Source of the DNA: Antedon mediterranea
Lineage: Eukaryota; Animalia; Echinodermata
Assembly (NCBI RefSeq): GCF_964355755.1
Contig: NC_092672.1
Coordinates: forward strand, 14,074,001-14,138,000
DNA: 64,000 bases
Direction: 5' to 3'
The stretch's first letter is position 1. Each line of letters opens with the position of its first letter. The translations under genes were made by a program, and so were the position numbers. Below the pieces are notes generated by a model. That model saw nothing but the letters and a program-made list of their open reading frames with translations, had not been told where the DNA came from and made no database searches. Below are positions 1-16,219 of the stretch, in pieces.

Positions 1-337
1 CATGGCGGTCCGCGCTATGTCGGCTAGAGTCACTTGGAGCTTTGATCTCAAACTGATGCATATGCTAATTCATGCATATAAAAAATGACCAGAAATGCCG
101 TATTTGACCTCTAACCCTATTTTCAAAGAATTTACATTTTTAGTGAGGGGGGGGGGGGGGTGGATGCTGTTTTTGGAAAAGTAAAAGTTTATTCTCCACT
201 CAACCCAAACAAGTCCTGCAGCCGTTCCTCAGCAATTCCTGACCTGGATTCCATCTCCATGTGCACCTTGAGCTAGACTTGCCCCAAGTCTGTATTTTGT
301 CTTTTTTTTTCTTTTTTTTTTTCGATTTTGTATTTTC

Positions 338-430
338 AAATCAAGTAGTATACGTATGAAACGCCATATGTGCCAAAATATTTATCTTTTTACTAATATT
401 AAGACAAAACTCCGTCTGGAACCCAAACTA
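338..430. repeat. Terminus of a dispersed repeat; inverted copy at 54613-54705
   Basis: 93 bp match the reverse complement of 54613-54705 with one visible mismatch. 274-291 (tagacttgccccaagtct) also matches the reverse complement near 55540-55557. Family unclassified. Confidence 0.8.
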
Positions 431-1844
431 ACCTTGAGCGTGCTTTCACATCGAGCATGAATTTGGTTACATTCGGTTGTCAAACGAGGTCATTCATGCT
501 CTCACTGCTGATTAGACGATTTGAAAGCAGCTTAAACCCATATTGAACGCCCTTACTTTCTTCACTCCAGGGCTGTCTTTACATTTAAGTCAAAACAGAC
601 TTCCAAATAAATGCACACTGCAATTAATGGTCTTTTAATTCAAATAAAAATGGCGAAATTGGATTTTTAATTGAATTTGGTTTATATTTGGAACATTCTG
701 TACGGAAAGATCTTCTTGCATGGTTTTCTGTTTAACTGCAAGTCTTTATTGCTGTCGGACGTGTGGTAATTGAGAAGAGTTTGTGTTACATTTTATATTT
801 CTAATGGCAATACGATGTAATGTGTATTGGTTATTGTGATGACACAAACGAAAGAGAATGTTAAGTTAAGTGGCAGCTGTATCACAGCTAATGAAACTAT
901 ACTAAAGTTTAAGCTGGAAACAGAAATTACTGGAATAACGTCAACTGTCTACTGAATTTGTTTGCCAATCTTCGCCAGACCTGTGCTGCTCGTTTGTTGG
1001 ATGCGATTCATGTACGTTTTAAACTGAGCGTAATATTATTATTATTATCCTTTGATAAATAGGCCTAACCTTTGACTACTAAGAAAGTAGTAGAACTAAA
1101 ACTGCATAATTGACCATTTTGTATGCATCTGATGGTCAGCGGACGTCCCACTTTTGCGCAGACTGGACCTAACTTGGTTGGTCATGGGTCGGGTTAAAAT
1201 TTTATTTATTTTATATTACAAAAAAATTATTGCTATTATGCTTTCCGCCTCCTCCATTTGACAAAGGAGGAGACTTTGATAAAAAGGACCACTGGGTAAA
1301 ATGGACTTTGCTTGTTGGAATGAGTTTGAACATGTATGAAGGCATCAATTTACGATTTAAAAGTCATGTTTGGAATTCATAAGATGGTTTAGGTCTGGGG
1401 TAACCGAAGCTGGAGGAACAATGACACAGTCCTGCTGACTGTACTGACGCGGGAGGACAAATTTTCAATGAAAGTATTGGACAAGTTACAACATAGAAAA
1501 CTAAACCTTATAATAGAAAACCATACACAGCTTGCATCTACGAATTTGTTTTTTTTTTCAATATAGGATTGTTTGTTATAATAATATATAAAATAACATT
1601 CTAATTTACATATTAGTGCTTGCAATTGTTTGTTTTTTATTATTTTTTAGTTTAGGCATATACTCTAGTCTCTCCTATATCAAAATTAAGATTTTATGAA
1701 CAATTAAATTTAGAAATTGTATTCTTCAATTTATTCAACCATCGTTAGAAAATACAAGCTACAATTTTACGGTCATGATGGAAATACCACAATGCCCCAA
1801 TTATTAATTACTATAATATTATACGAATAGACACGACATAATTA

Positions 1845-3957
1845 TTAAAGTACTCCTGTTTGGATTGAAATGGCCATCACACTTGCATTTCCAACGGGAA
1901 AATCTAAAAGACAAACAAAAGTATGAATGAAACACCTTAAGAACTTGTTATAAGAAGGGCTGGTTTGACTACTACACTGAACGATTACTAGAATGGATAT
2001 CCTGCAGTGTATAAGGCCTTACTGTTTTGCCAATTCGTGGCGCCGCTGTTATTGGAGTAGAGAAATCGAGGAGCTGGACCATAACTCCTATCCCATAGGC
2101 AAGCTTCGTGTGACGTCACAGCCACCCATCCAGCGTCATTGGGACATCCACCATGGTTCCTGCTGATATACCACATACGACATCTTCCATTTCCACCACA
2201 ATTACTATAAAACAAAACGGATGGCTAAACCAATGATTAAACATTTACAGAGTTTGTGAAATTATCTTCTAAAATCACTGCTCTCAAGGATGATGAATTT
2301 AATAGAAATTTAATAGTAATAATTAATTTCCTATAGGCCTACAGCAGTTATTTTATTCATTAATTATTACTGGAAAATCTATGTACATCTCCTACAAAAA
2401 TAGAGGCTTACCCAGCACCAGGATTAACTCCAAAGTGATTGAAGGACGATGTTAGCATATCTGGGTACGGCGTCTGTATAATACGGTCTTTATCAAACCA
2501 GTTATTCTTGTTGGTACCAATACCATTAAATATCAAAGTCATAACTTCTATACCTTCTTCATAGAAAGCAAATTTAACCTGAAGACGATAGGAGAGACCA
2601 AGAAACTTATTCAATTACTGTATGTTGCATATACTCAAAATAAGATGCATTTGTTTTTATATTAGACCTATACTACCTTTCTTATATATATATCCAATGC
2701 CCCCCAATTCTCTACCAACGTACTCTTGTAAGGAGCCGTGAAGTTATCATTGACTTCCGCTGCCTCGGGTACGTCAGCATTCGAGCTGTCTGTACCTTCC
2801 CATAATACCACCAAGTTTTGAGCTTCTACCCCTGCGTTAGCCCTGAAAATAACCTTAAACTCTGAAATTAAAATTCGGCCATATTGTAAGTTATTTCGAT
2901 ACATCGGCGATATCCAGACTTGCATACCACGCGGCGTATTAACGCAATACGTTGATCCCCAATCCACATAAATTGGCCATTTTCAGTAAATGTAGCCCTA
3001 ACAAAATTTGTAGTACCAGTAGTAATACGGTAAAGTAAATAATTAAGTTCCATGCGTTCGAAGAAAATAAAGTAAAACGGATTAGGCCTAATAATAAGAT
3101 CACCAACCTGAAAACTTAGTTTCAGCTATTTTTTTTTCGATGTCGACAAGTTGAAGAGAAATTTCGTCTAGTTTGGCGTTGATCTTCTCGTCGCATGTTT
3201 CTCCATCATATCCGTAATTACCTCCTGAATACACGTTGACAGTAGGCCCATTGCAGTTGAGTCCAACAGGCCAAAAATGGTAATGATTGCTAATTTTTAA
3301 CCAAAAAATGATGTTTTACCCCAAAAATAAGTAGTTAACAATAGAAATTTAATATTTTTTTGACATGGACATACCCAGTGGGTCGTACACTCCATGATTC
3401 AATCACTTTTATGTTGGTTCGGTGGGGTTTGCTATGTTTTTTTGGAGGTTTGCAGGGATTTGCGGGGGTTTAGCAATACTCTGTTTTTTCCCGCCAAATT
3501 GGATGCTATATTATTGGATTCTGGCATGATGATGTCATCGTATCGACTTGATTCATCAACTACTATGAGAAGTAGTTATTAAAGTAAGCCTCTACTAATT
3601 TTAATCATTAAAACACAACTGCATGTAACAAACACCGTTAATTGATTTTCCCTATCCCCTATATATAGGTATTTGTGTGTGTTAATAGGAATTTGTGTGT
3701 GTTATATAGGCCAAAATTTAAAAGTGCCATAAAATATTTTCCCCAAGACCCTGGGATGGGGATTTTTTTTCTGACATTCTATATGGTATACTCTATTAGA
3801 AAAACCCAAAAAAAAAAAATTTTCCTATACTTTTTTCCCGCAAATGTGTATATTAATTGTTCTGCACCCAGGCTATAGGCCTACTGCAGTCGAGTCCAAC
3901 AACGAGACTCGTCGCACAATAATAGAAAGCAATAGTAATTCTTAGCGTGAGTTTCAT
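1845..3957 (-). CDS. Uncharacterised secreted protein (signal peptide, short coiled coil, Trp/Gly/Cys-containing globular domain); exon 1 interrupted by an insertion
   Basis: ATG at 3957 (MKLTLRITIAFYYCATSLVVG), interrupted at about 3875-3269, resuming 3267-3108. Further exons 2861-2677, 2578-2412, 2204-2023, 1903-1845 (TAA). All junctions are GT-AG with matching phases (1,0,2,1). Motifs FKVIFRANAG, YKSTLVENW, VKFAFYEEG, NWFDK, HGGCPNDAGW, RFLYS, VMAISI. Confidence 0.75.
3269..3875. mobile_element. About 607-bp insertion in exon 1 of the secreted-protein gene, flanked by a 26-bp degenerate direct repeat
   Basis: taggcccattgcagttgagtccaaca (3243-3268) and taggcctactgcagtcgagtccaaca (3876-3901), 3 mismatches. 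Removing the insert plus one copy restores a continuous reading frame. Confidence 0.6.
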
Positions 3958-6499
3958 TTCGTGATAGCTCTTTGAAACAGATGTAACCTGTGTTTACTTT
4001 AGTTTATGTAGGTTTTCATGAGCCACGCAATATGTAAATTACAGAAATAGTTCCATAAACGGCCCGGATGTGAAATTCTTTTACTAAACGTCTAAGGCAG
4101 AACTCATGAATAAGTAATGGTATTCGTGAGCTTACTGGTCAGATGGTTTAAAACGCTTCACAGTGGGCAAAAGAGCATGTCAAATGGCATATAATGTTGA
4201 AAACAAACACTGTGGGGTTTTTTCCATGGATTTTAAGCGGTGAAAACAAAATGTTTTCAATCATAGAGTGATGTAGAGTAGTGTAGGCCCGAGTGTAGGC
4301 CAATCTTTTAAGAACATTTTACAGTAATGTTGTTCTCATACGATCCTCCGTTGAAAATAAGAAGATAATGCATGTTGATCTCGGCAGTGGGGGAGGATTG
4401 AGTGTTTTTGAGTTTATAAAATAAAGTTACGAGTTCAACCAAATTTGTTTATTCGTACTACTGTTTTATTATTTTGATATGAGTTGGGGATGGGTTACTA
4501 TTTTCAGGTGCCTAATATTGAAGATTAGTAATAATAACCCACTACTCTAATAGTTACCCCCCTTCTAATAGTAACCCACCACTTAAAAACAATCAAAGAA
4601 TAATAACCCAGGGTTACTACTGACAATAGAAGATTTACGGTACGACATGCCCAGTGCATTGTTTGTCATCGATCCGTTTCGTAAAAAAGCGTATTGTTTA
4701 TGAATATCTACTGAAGGATGCTGGTAAAAAAAAAAACCTTTTGTCAAATTTCTAAAATTCATCCTTGACCTCTGACCTCAATTTTAATATTTTGACCCAC
4801 TGAAAACAAAATGGTCATATCTTCGCAACGCTTAGATTAAATGAAATAATTTTAGTGTCAAATTATTTGGAAGATGCATATTAATATTCGTTCTAATGGA
4901 ACGTTTGTCCAAAAATTGAAGTATGATTTTTGGCATTTTTGACTAACAGTTGGAAAGAAATTAATCTGAAGATATATGTTTCTATTCAGTCTCATAATGG
5001 TTTAACGGTTTAATGGTTTTAAATTTATATAGCCCAAAATACAAGTAGTCTCTTTTCCAAGATAAATGGTCTTTTTTTTTTGTAACCTCATAGGCCCGTA
5101 GTCAGGGGTTCGTACGCCCCCCCCCCCCTACAGCGACTCCGAAACCTCCTTCCCGACATGCACACTACCTCACCCCATCTCTGAAAATCCTCCAATACGT
5201 GCCCCACAGTACAAAAGGAAATTGAAAAATTAAAATAGTAAACTCGTTCGTGAATAACTACCTTCTTACTTGAGCGTACGTCGAGCGATAGGCCTACGTG
5301 TTTGTAAATTTTTAAGACTTGCAAATGAATTGCCAATTTTCATGTGAAAAATAAATACGAATTTTTCTGGGGCACGAACGATTCCTACAAAGAACACCAC
5401 CGCCAGACAACCGCGTACCTATTATTTAGATCAATGGCAGTCATCATCCATTTAGTATATCCTTCCGAAGTAAATAAAAAAAATGAAACGCTGCGGTTAC
5501 CTACAGTATTTATGTGTGGCTATAAAGTATAGTGTATTGTCATCATAGAGGATTATAGTTTTGTAACTATAAGTTTTAGGCCTACAGGGGCGGTCGCAGA
5601 ACTACTTTTAAGGTGTTGCCCACGAGTCCAGGCCAGGGCTGTCGATACCGAGTTTTTTGCGTCACAGCCCCTCAACCTGCGGCGAAGCAAATTTTGTTAA
5701 ATGACACCCCTAGATGGCTGTAAATGGTACTCTCGCACGTAAAATTCACGATAAATGGCACATCTACAGTTCGCTGGAAATGACACTTTATATCGGGCTA
5801 CCAACCAAACAGCCGCATACCATCTTATTCCGCCTATTTTTACCGCCGGTAAAACACACTCGAATAATATAATTTTTGTGCGTTCAAGCCAATAAATTCT
5901 GGCAATTATAATCAATTAATACAAATTAATTATTATTATCAATTATTAATTAAAGAAAGTTAGACAAAAATATGAAGCTGCATGCTATAAATATATTGAG
6001 CAAAACGTTAAATTGTATTATTTTGATAAATAAGTCAGTAAAACCACAATTTCCAAAATTAATTTTCATTTATCCACTATAAACTGTACAATACTAATAG
6101 TGTTGTTCTGCCAATTGACATAAGCTCTTCCAACCCTTGATTTCTATAAAGTTAATGGTTTTAATTATGATGAAATGGGAATCTAAATTTTAATTTAGTG
6201 GCAGAAGAAACATTTAATTAGAGAAATTAAGGGTGTTGCCCGGGATTCTTTTAATTTAAGCCGAAATATCCTGTGCTTTCATTTAAATTTAATTTAATTA
6301 ATAAAAAAAGTCTAATTATCATTATAAACAACGTGCGCCTTCCTCCATTCGTATCTCTGTCGCCTGATATAAAGGAATCCAAGCCTATTGAGTTTTTAAG
6401 CAAGGACTTTTAAAGAAAGTGATGCACAGCAAACAGAGAAACCCGTCACTCATAATAATTACCCATGAACTCCCGTACACTGAAATAAACCACCACCAA

Positions 6500-6540
6500 C
6501 GCCCAAAGCGGAAGTAGATTTTTAATGGCGGACCGCGCAT
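6500..6540 (+). promoter_or_regulatory. Candidate Cdc42 core promoter (ETS-type and YY1-type motifs)
   Basis: GCGGAAGT at 6508-6515 and AATGGCGG at 6524-6531 in a CpG-containing patch about 2.4 kb upstream of the first coding exon. That exon is preceded by an acceptor (tttcag, 8944), implying a non-coding first exon. No transcript evidence. Confidence 0.35.
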
Positions 6541-8962
6541 ATTGACTGTTCTATGTAGGCTAGACATTCCAGAAAAATTGAATCAATTGACAATTTATTA
6601 TGTCAGATGCTTAACTGACACTTTAAAATTGAGATATAAACAATAGTAGTTAATAATACTAATATATTAAGGGTTATTTTAACCCATACAATCTATAAAG
6701 TCAGGTATTCTTTTAATCAATTTACTATCGACTCCATCTTTCGGTATTTCACCAACTCGAGTTATAATAGGCCTACACACTTGCGTCACTGAGTCATCTC
6801 CGATATCGGCTATAACGTAAGGACAGTTTAACCAGTCAGGCCTGAAGTGGAATGAACTGAAATACACCTAAAATTACCATTTAATCAAGTGCTGTAAGTA
6901 GGAATTTTATAAACTATAGACTGAGTATTGAAAATGTAATATGATTTTTTCTTATTATGTATTCTTTTACGAAATAATCCATCGGACTTTGTTTTGGGTA
7001 CGGGGTTAAGTTTTATTAGGAAGGAGTTGAAAACATTTCAACCGAGGAGACCGACTCCTTTCCCGCTTCCAGTCTGATAGGCTACATTGGGCTAGGAATT
7101 TTCATGGGTGTGGGGGTGAACAGTGTTTATTAATTTACTTCTACTACCTAGTTAGACACTGAAGTGCTCATTTTAGGCAGTAAATGATTTTGGAAAACTT
7201 AAACAAAATTTAAACATCCAGCTAAATTACAAATAATAAATTCAGTCTTTCTATATTGTTAATTTGTTTAGGCATGTCTGTCACAAGCTTTTTGCTTTTT
7301 TGAACATGCCTTCTTCAATCATTTTACCTTTCTTTACACCATTTTGTATACTGTTTTAATTTGAAGAAAATAAATGTTACTTTGAATTGAATTTAATGTT
7401 CTAATCATGGATGGAGTCCATGTTCTAATCTATTTTATGTATATTATTATTATGTGGCCTAAACTATATTGGATTGTATTGCAATCCAAGAGTCCGCTAG
7501 GCAATGGCCTAGCTAGCTAGGCCAGGCAAATCTTGTTTAGCCCTTATTTATAATAATTATTAGGCCTACATACTTACTAGCTTGTTGTATGTAAATAAGA
7601 AAGCCATCGCTTAGATGCTACAAATTTGATTGTCACACAGTATCTGGCCAAATAGAGGACCTGCCATTTAATAATGAATCTGATTTGTGAAGGTATCATT
7701 TCCGGCTGTTAGTATCATTGTGTTACAGTAGATGTTACATACGACTGGCCCTGCTCTAGATATTCATTATGACTCAAGAAAAGCTGTCTTGGTTGGTTGT
7801 TAACATGAAACATTCAAACACTTTAAGAATGAAAATAATCAAAGTTCAAAATATATCGGCATGTGTTACTATTATTGTCTATTCGCAAAATATGATGTCA
7901 ATCTGTGAACCATTTGTCAGTTTTGAAGTTAAACTTGGTTTATATATATTTATAAATTATATACAGTAATAAAAAACCTTCTGGTTGACTTTTATTTTTA
8001 ATTATTAAAAATGATGGTTTTTACAGTTATCAGGTAAATAATTGTCCATGATCAAACTTCCTGTACTGTAATTATTACCTAATATGACATAAAAAAAAAA
8101 AAAAAAAAATTTTCACATTATTTTTTCAGGTTGACAAATAATCTTAATTTCCTGTTGAGTTGATGTAAATGCAGTTCTCATACTGTAACTAAACGCAATT
8201 TTACAGGCTTGTTTACAGTAGTACAGATTACAATAATACTGAAAGAAAAAAAATATTGAAAAAAAAAAACTAACTTTACATTTAACAGGGAAAATTTTCA
8301 TTTAAAAATTTTGTTTAGCAATATTGCCAATCAAACTGATTTTTAAGTCGAGAAACATAGTTTTGTATTGTATTTTTTGCTACACAATTTTCAAAATGTG
8401 TAGCAATAAGGTTGTTTTGTATAGCTTTTTGCTATGCTACCTGGCGAAAATGTTCCCTGCATTACCAGTAGTCATATTTTTACTTTACTGTGTATGGTAA
8501 AATAAGCAATTACTGTACTGTAGCTCATTAACATTTTAAATATAAATTATAACATACCATGTTTTCAATTTCAATAAAATACTTTAAATTTGCTAATTAC
8601 TGTAGAACAGGGAGAATTCAAAATCTGTCATGACATCATTATATCACAGTATGACATCATCAGACCAAAATAGACACTACTTTAAAAGGGTTAACAAGCA
8701 TAGCATATCACAACACAACTTTGTTTGCATCTGTAACTGCGTGACATGTCTTGAACTGAAAGACACCCACTGTATGATCAACCTTATATTGTATCAGCAA
8801 CATTACTACTGTATATAGTGAAATATCTGAAACTGTATTGCTTAGTATATTCTGGTTGTTCAATAATTGTGATTGTCGAAAATAGATATTATTATTAGAT
8901 TATTGTTAATAAATTATAATAAATTGTTTCCATTTTGTTTTCAGGACAACTGCATTTTTTAA

Positions 8963-12856
<3,894 letters not shown>

Positions 12857-15414
12857 GATGTTTACAGTAATGTGCTTGTGTATAAAGCAACGATGCTACT
12901 CTTATTATCAATATTTTGATTTACGAGAGTCCAATAAACATAAGGTACCCTATAAAGATGCGGCTTTTATACATTTTTGTTTACCATGAGTAATGATATA
13001 CTTTTGTTGCATTACATTTTTTTCCTTTAAATTGTAGGTTTAAAAGGGAATGATTTTGTTCATGTACCCTGAAGGATTTAATGTAATAAGTTTCCCACCT
13101 TATAAGATATAAAACTTTGACCAAAATTGTTGAGGTGGAATAAAACATACTCTGTTGAATAGGGAGCTTTGTATTATGGACATTGTAACCATTGATTATG
13201 CATTTTCTCATGAGGTGTCTAATACAATACATATTAAAGTACTGTTGGTGTCCATTGTCTTTAATCATCAGTGTAAATTGATTGTAACCAAATTTCCTAG
13301 TCAATTGATACGAACACGTCTTCATGCGAAACCGTTTATTATAGCAGTTTAACAAAATAAAATCTCCTTTTCTTTGTGGCTTTAAAACAAGAAGAAAAAG
13401 AAATTTTGTTAGTCATCAATGCATTCTTATACACAAACGCATGAAATTCCCTTCTCATTTTATGTGTCTTTCATCGAAGATAAATTTGAAAATGACATGT
13501 GTGATTATCATATGAAACATCATTCCACATCAATAATTATAATCAAAGTTTAATTGAGGAAATTGATTTGAGGCTATGTTTGTAGCTATTCAATTCATGG
13601 ACGCCATATAAATGTACTGTAATAATATGTAATGATGGTTACATGTAATTGTTTACAGTTATTATAGTTGAGTGGTGGGTAGTAAATGTACAGATTTCAA
13701 TCCAAATATCTTAGCATAAACCTTAAAATAATTGATTCCCTGAACATATACATTTTGTTGAATATATGCGACAGAAACAATATGGCCTTTGACGAAAACA
13801 ATATAGTTCATCACCATTACTAATGCTGATAACTCTTTATTGTCCATACTGTAAGAAGATGGAAATACATTTAAAAGCTGGTGATTCAATATCTATTTAG
13901 CAGGTATAAGCAATTAGCCTAGAATTGTTGATAACAGTTTAGTTCTCAAAAATCCTCAACTAATTCTAGAGTTGGTGAGTTATCTTGGAACAACGAGATT
14001 TGACGATGCATGTTGCGATTCTTCCATTTTAGTTATATTGACAGTAAAACAAACCTGCCCTATTTAAGTTTGAAAAGAAGAGTCAAATTTAATCGTATAA
14101 TAGTAAAATTTATCTAATTATTATAAAACATTTATTTAAATATTCTGCTACAATAAACATTTTTAAATTAAGTAACTTTGTAAACATAATTTGATACATA
14201 AGATTTATTTATTTTATTGTTAGATTTATTTGTAAAATACATGCTTACAATATGAATGCAAATACTTTTTTAAATGGAGTTTGTAAAACAACCTTGTTCA
14301 GTTGTGGTAAGGCACTTTAGTTTTATTTGGCTTTTGTTAATAAAATGATGTTTGTTTTTTTTTATGAAGAAAAGTGAAGTAGTAAGCGAGTTATTAAGCC
14401 AACTTGCTTTTGTTTTTATGCATTTCTTCTAAGGTAGTAGGTTGCATTGACAGGTCTGTTATGTTATACATTTATTTACATAGAGTATTAATATTTAACC
14501 TTTTTTCAGATTATAAATCATTTAAACATGATATAATATAATACTTACAATTAGACCTAGATCTCATACTCTATTGTAGTCCGTAATAAATTTGCTTCGT
14601 TATGAGACTGCATTATTATATAGCATTGTTTTTCTTTCTGTCCTTGTACTACACTTTCATTTAAGCATTATAGAAAGTAAAACATAGAGTTAGAGCATGT
14701 CATTAAAATGTTATAATAATTGCTATTACTTGTATAAACTAAAAGATATCACACCAAAACTATATCCTATAGGCTTTTCTGAAGGTAAGTTAACAATTTC
14801 CTTTTTGCCGACATATATATAAGCCAAAGATCTATAATGTATTGATATACAAAGGGTGATTGAAGAAGGGCATTCATTTAAATTGTGCGGCTTAACTTTC
14901 TTGTATGTTTACTGGTCGGCAAGTGTTATATCTCCGTTAACAAGAAATTGAAGTGACAATGATGCCAACATATTCCAGAGAAGCAAACAAAAAATTGAAT
15001 AGATTAATAAAAGGGATGAGAGAGTGGAATAGACGTGGTCCCCTTACTCATCCTGAATTCATATATAAGTTTCATATTTTAAAAATTTGAACAATGTCTA
15101 AATTGCATGTTATAACACGCCCTAAGTAGATTGTAATTATTATGATTAGAGGATTGTGGGTCACATGATATTAAATAAATGTTCTACCACACTCTATTAA
15201 TGATGTCATCGAAGGAGTGCAATGTCTTTATATTTGACAAGTACTGCAATTTCGTTTTCTCATACCTTTGTGCTACACTTGACAAACCAGTAGGCTAGGC
15301 TGTTGAGTGATTGCTTTTATCAACCTGTAGTTTGCGAATTCTTCTCCACGTCCAAAATTGAAGCACTGCCTTTCGTCCAATGGTTTAGTCTTTTGTAAAA
15401 AGTTATAAAGGAGG

Positions 15415-15650
15415 GTTTTTAGAGGGACGTTTATTCAAGGAATGTGTTTTTTTGCGTAATATGGTAACGTGAATAATCAAATAAATTCTCCCTAAATATT
15501 AAAAATCAAGATCAACATACTTGTTCAATTGGAAGTCAATGAATTTTACTACAAATAGAAATGTAGTTTTGTATTATGCATGTGGCGGGCGTTTATTTGA
15601 GGGGAGTTGTTTATTCCAAACGATAGGCGTTTATTCGAGTAAATACGGTA
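15415..15650. mobile_element. Probable MITE remnant with a ...TACGGTA end and repeated gcgtttatt sub-terminal motifs
   Basis: Repeated (gc)gtttatt units ending gcgtttattcgagtaaatacggta. A similar architecture with ggttactat/taacccc units ends in tttacggta near 4640. Confidence 0.4.
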
Positions 15651-16219
15651 ATTAATGTTTTACATTTGTGCAATGGAACAAATAATTTCATTCAGTGAAA
15701 GAAAAAAATTTATATTTCACATGAAATTATTTGTACTATTGCACTCATAAACATAAATACTGTAGTTTATTACTACCTACATATTATACAAATTCTTCAC
15801 AGTTTTATGTAATTTTACAAAAATTCAAATTTCTAGTTTTATTTTTGCATGTATTTATTTATTGCCCATCATTGAGCAACAAATTAATACATGCAAAAAT
15901 GCAACAGTTAGGCCTAATAAAATGGCTATAATGTAGTAATGTTGATGTCCAGCAGTGTTGTGTTACAGCTTAATTTATATGACGCGTTTATCACTCAAGT
16001 TAACGCGATTTTTTACTGATCAGCAGTCCAAGAAAAGGAGGAAGTACATACAGCAGCAGCAGTGCTGTCTGGACACTTTTTGTTTGGAGGAAGGAGGATC
16101 AGTTTGTAAATGTTTGTTGACAGAAACAATAAACCTAAAATAGTAACAATAGATAGAAGTTGTATCGTTGAATTACCGTGTTGAATTTAGGGGTTGTCTA
16201 TTGCTGTTACCCACAAGAA

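Noticed and set aside
12981-13355. 124-aa minus-strand ORF
   Set aside because: Lies antisense in the AT-rich Cdc42 3' UTR and has the composition of a chance ORF.
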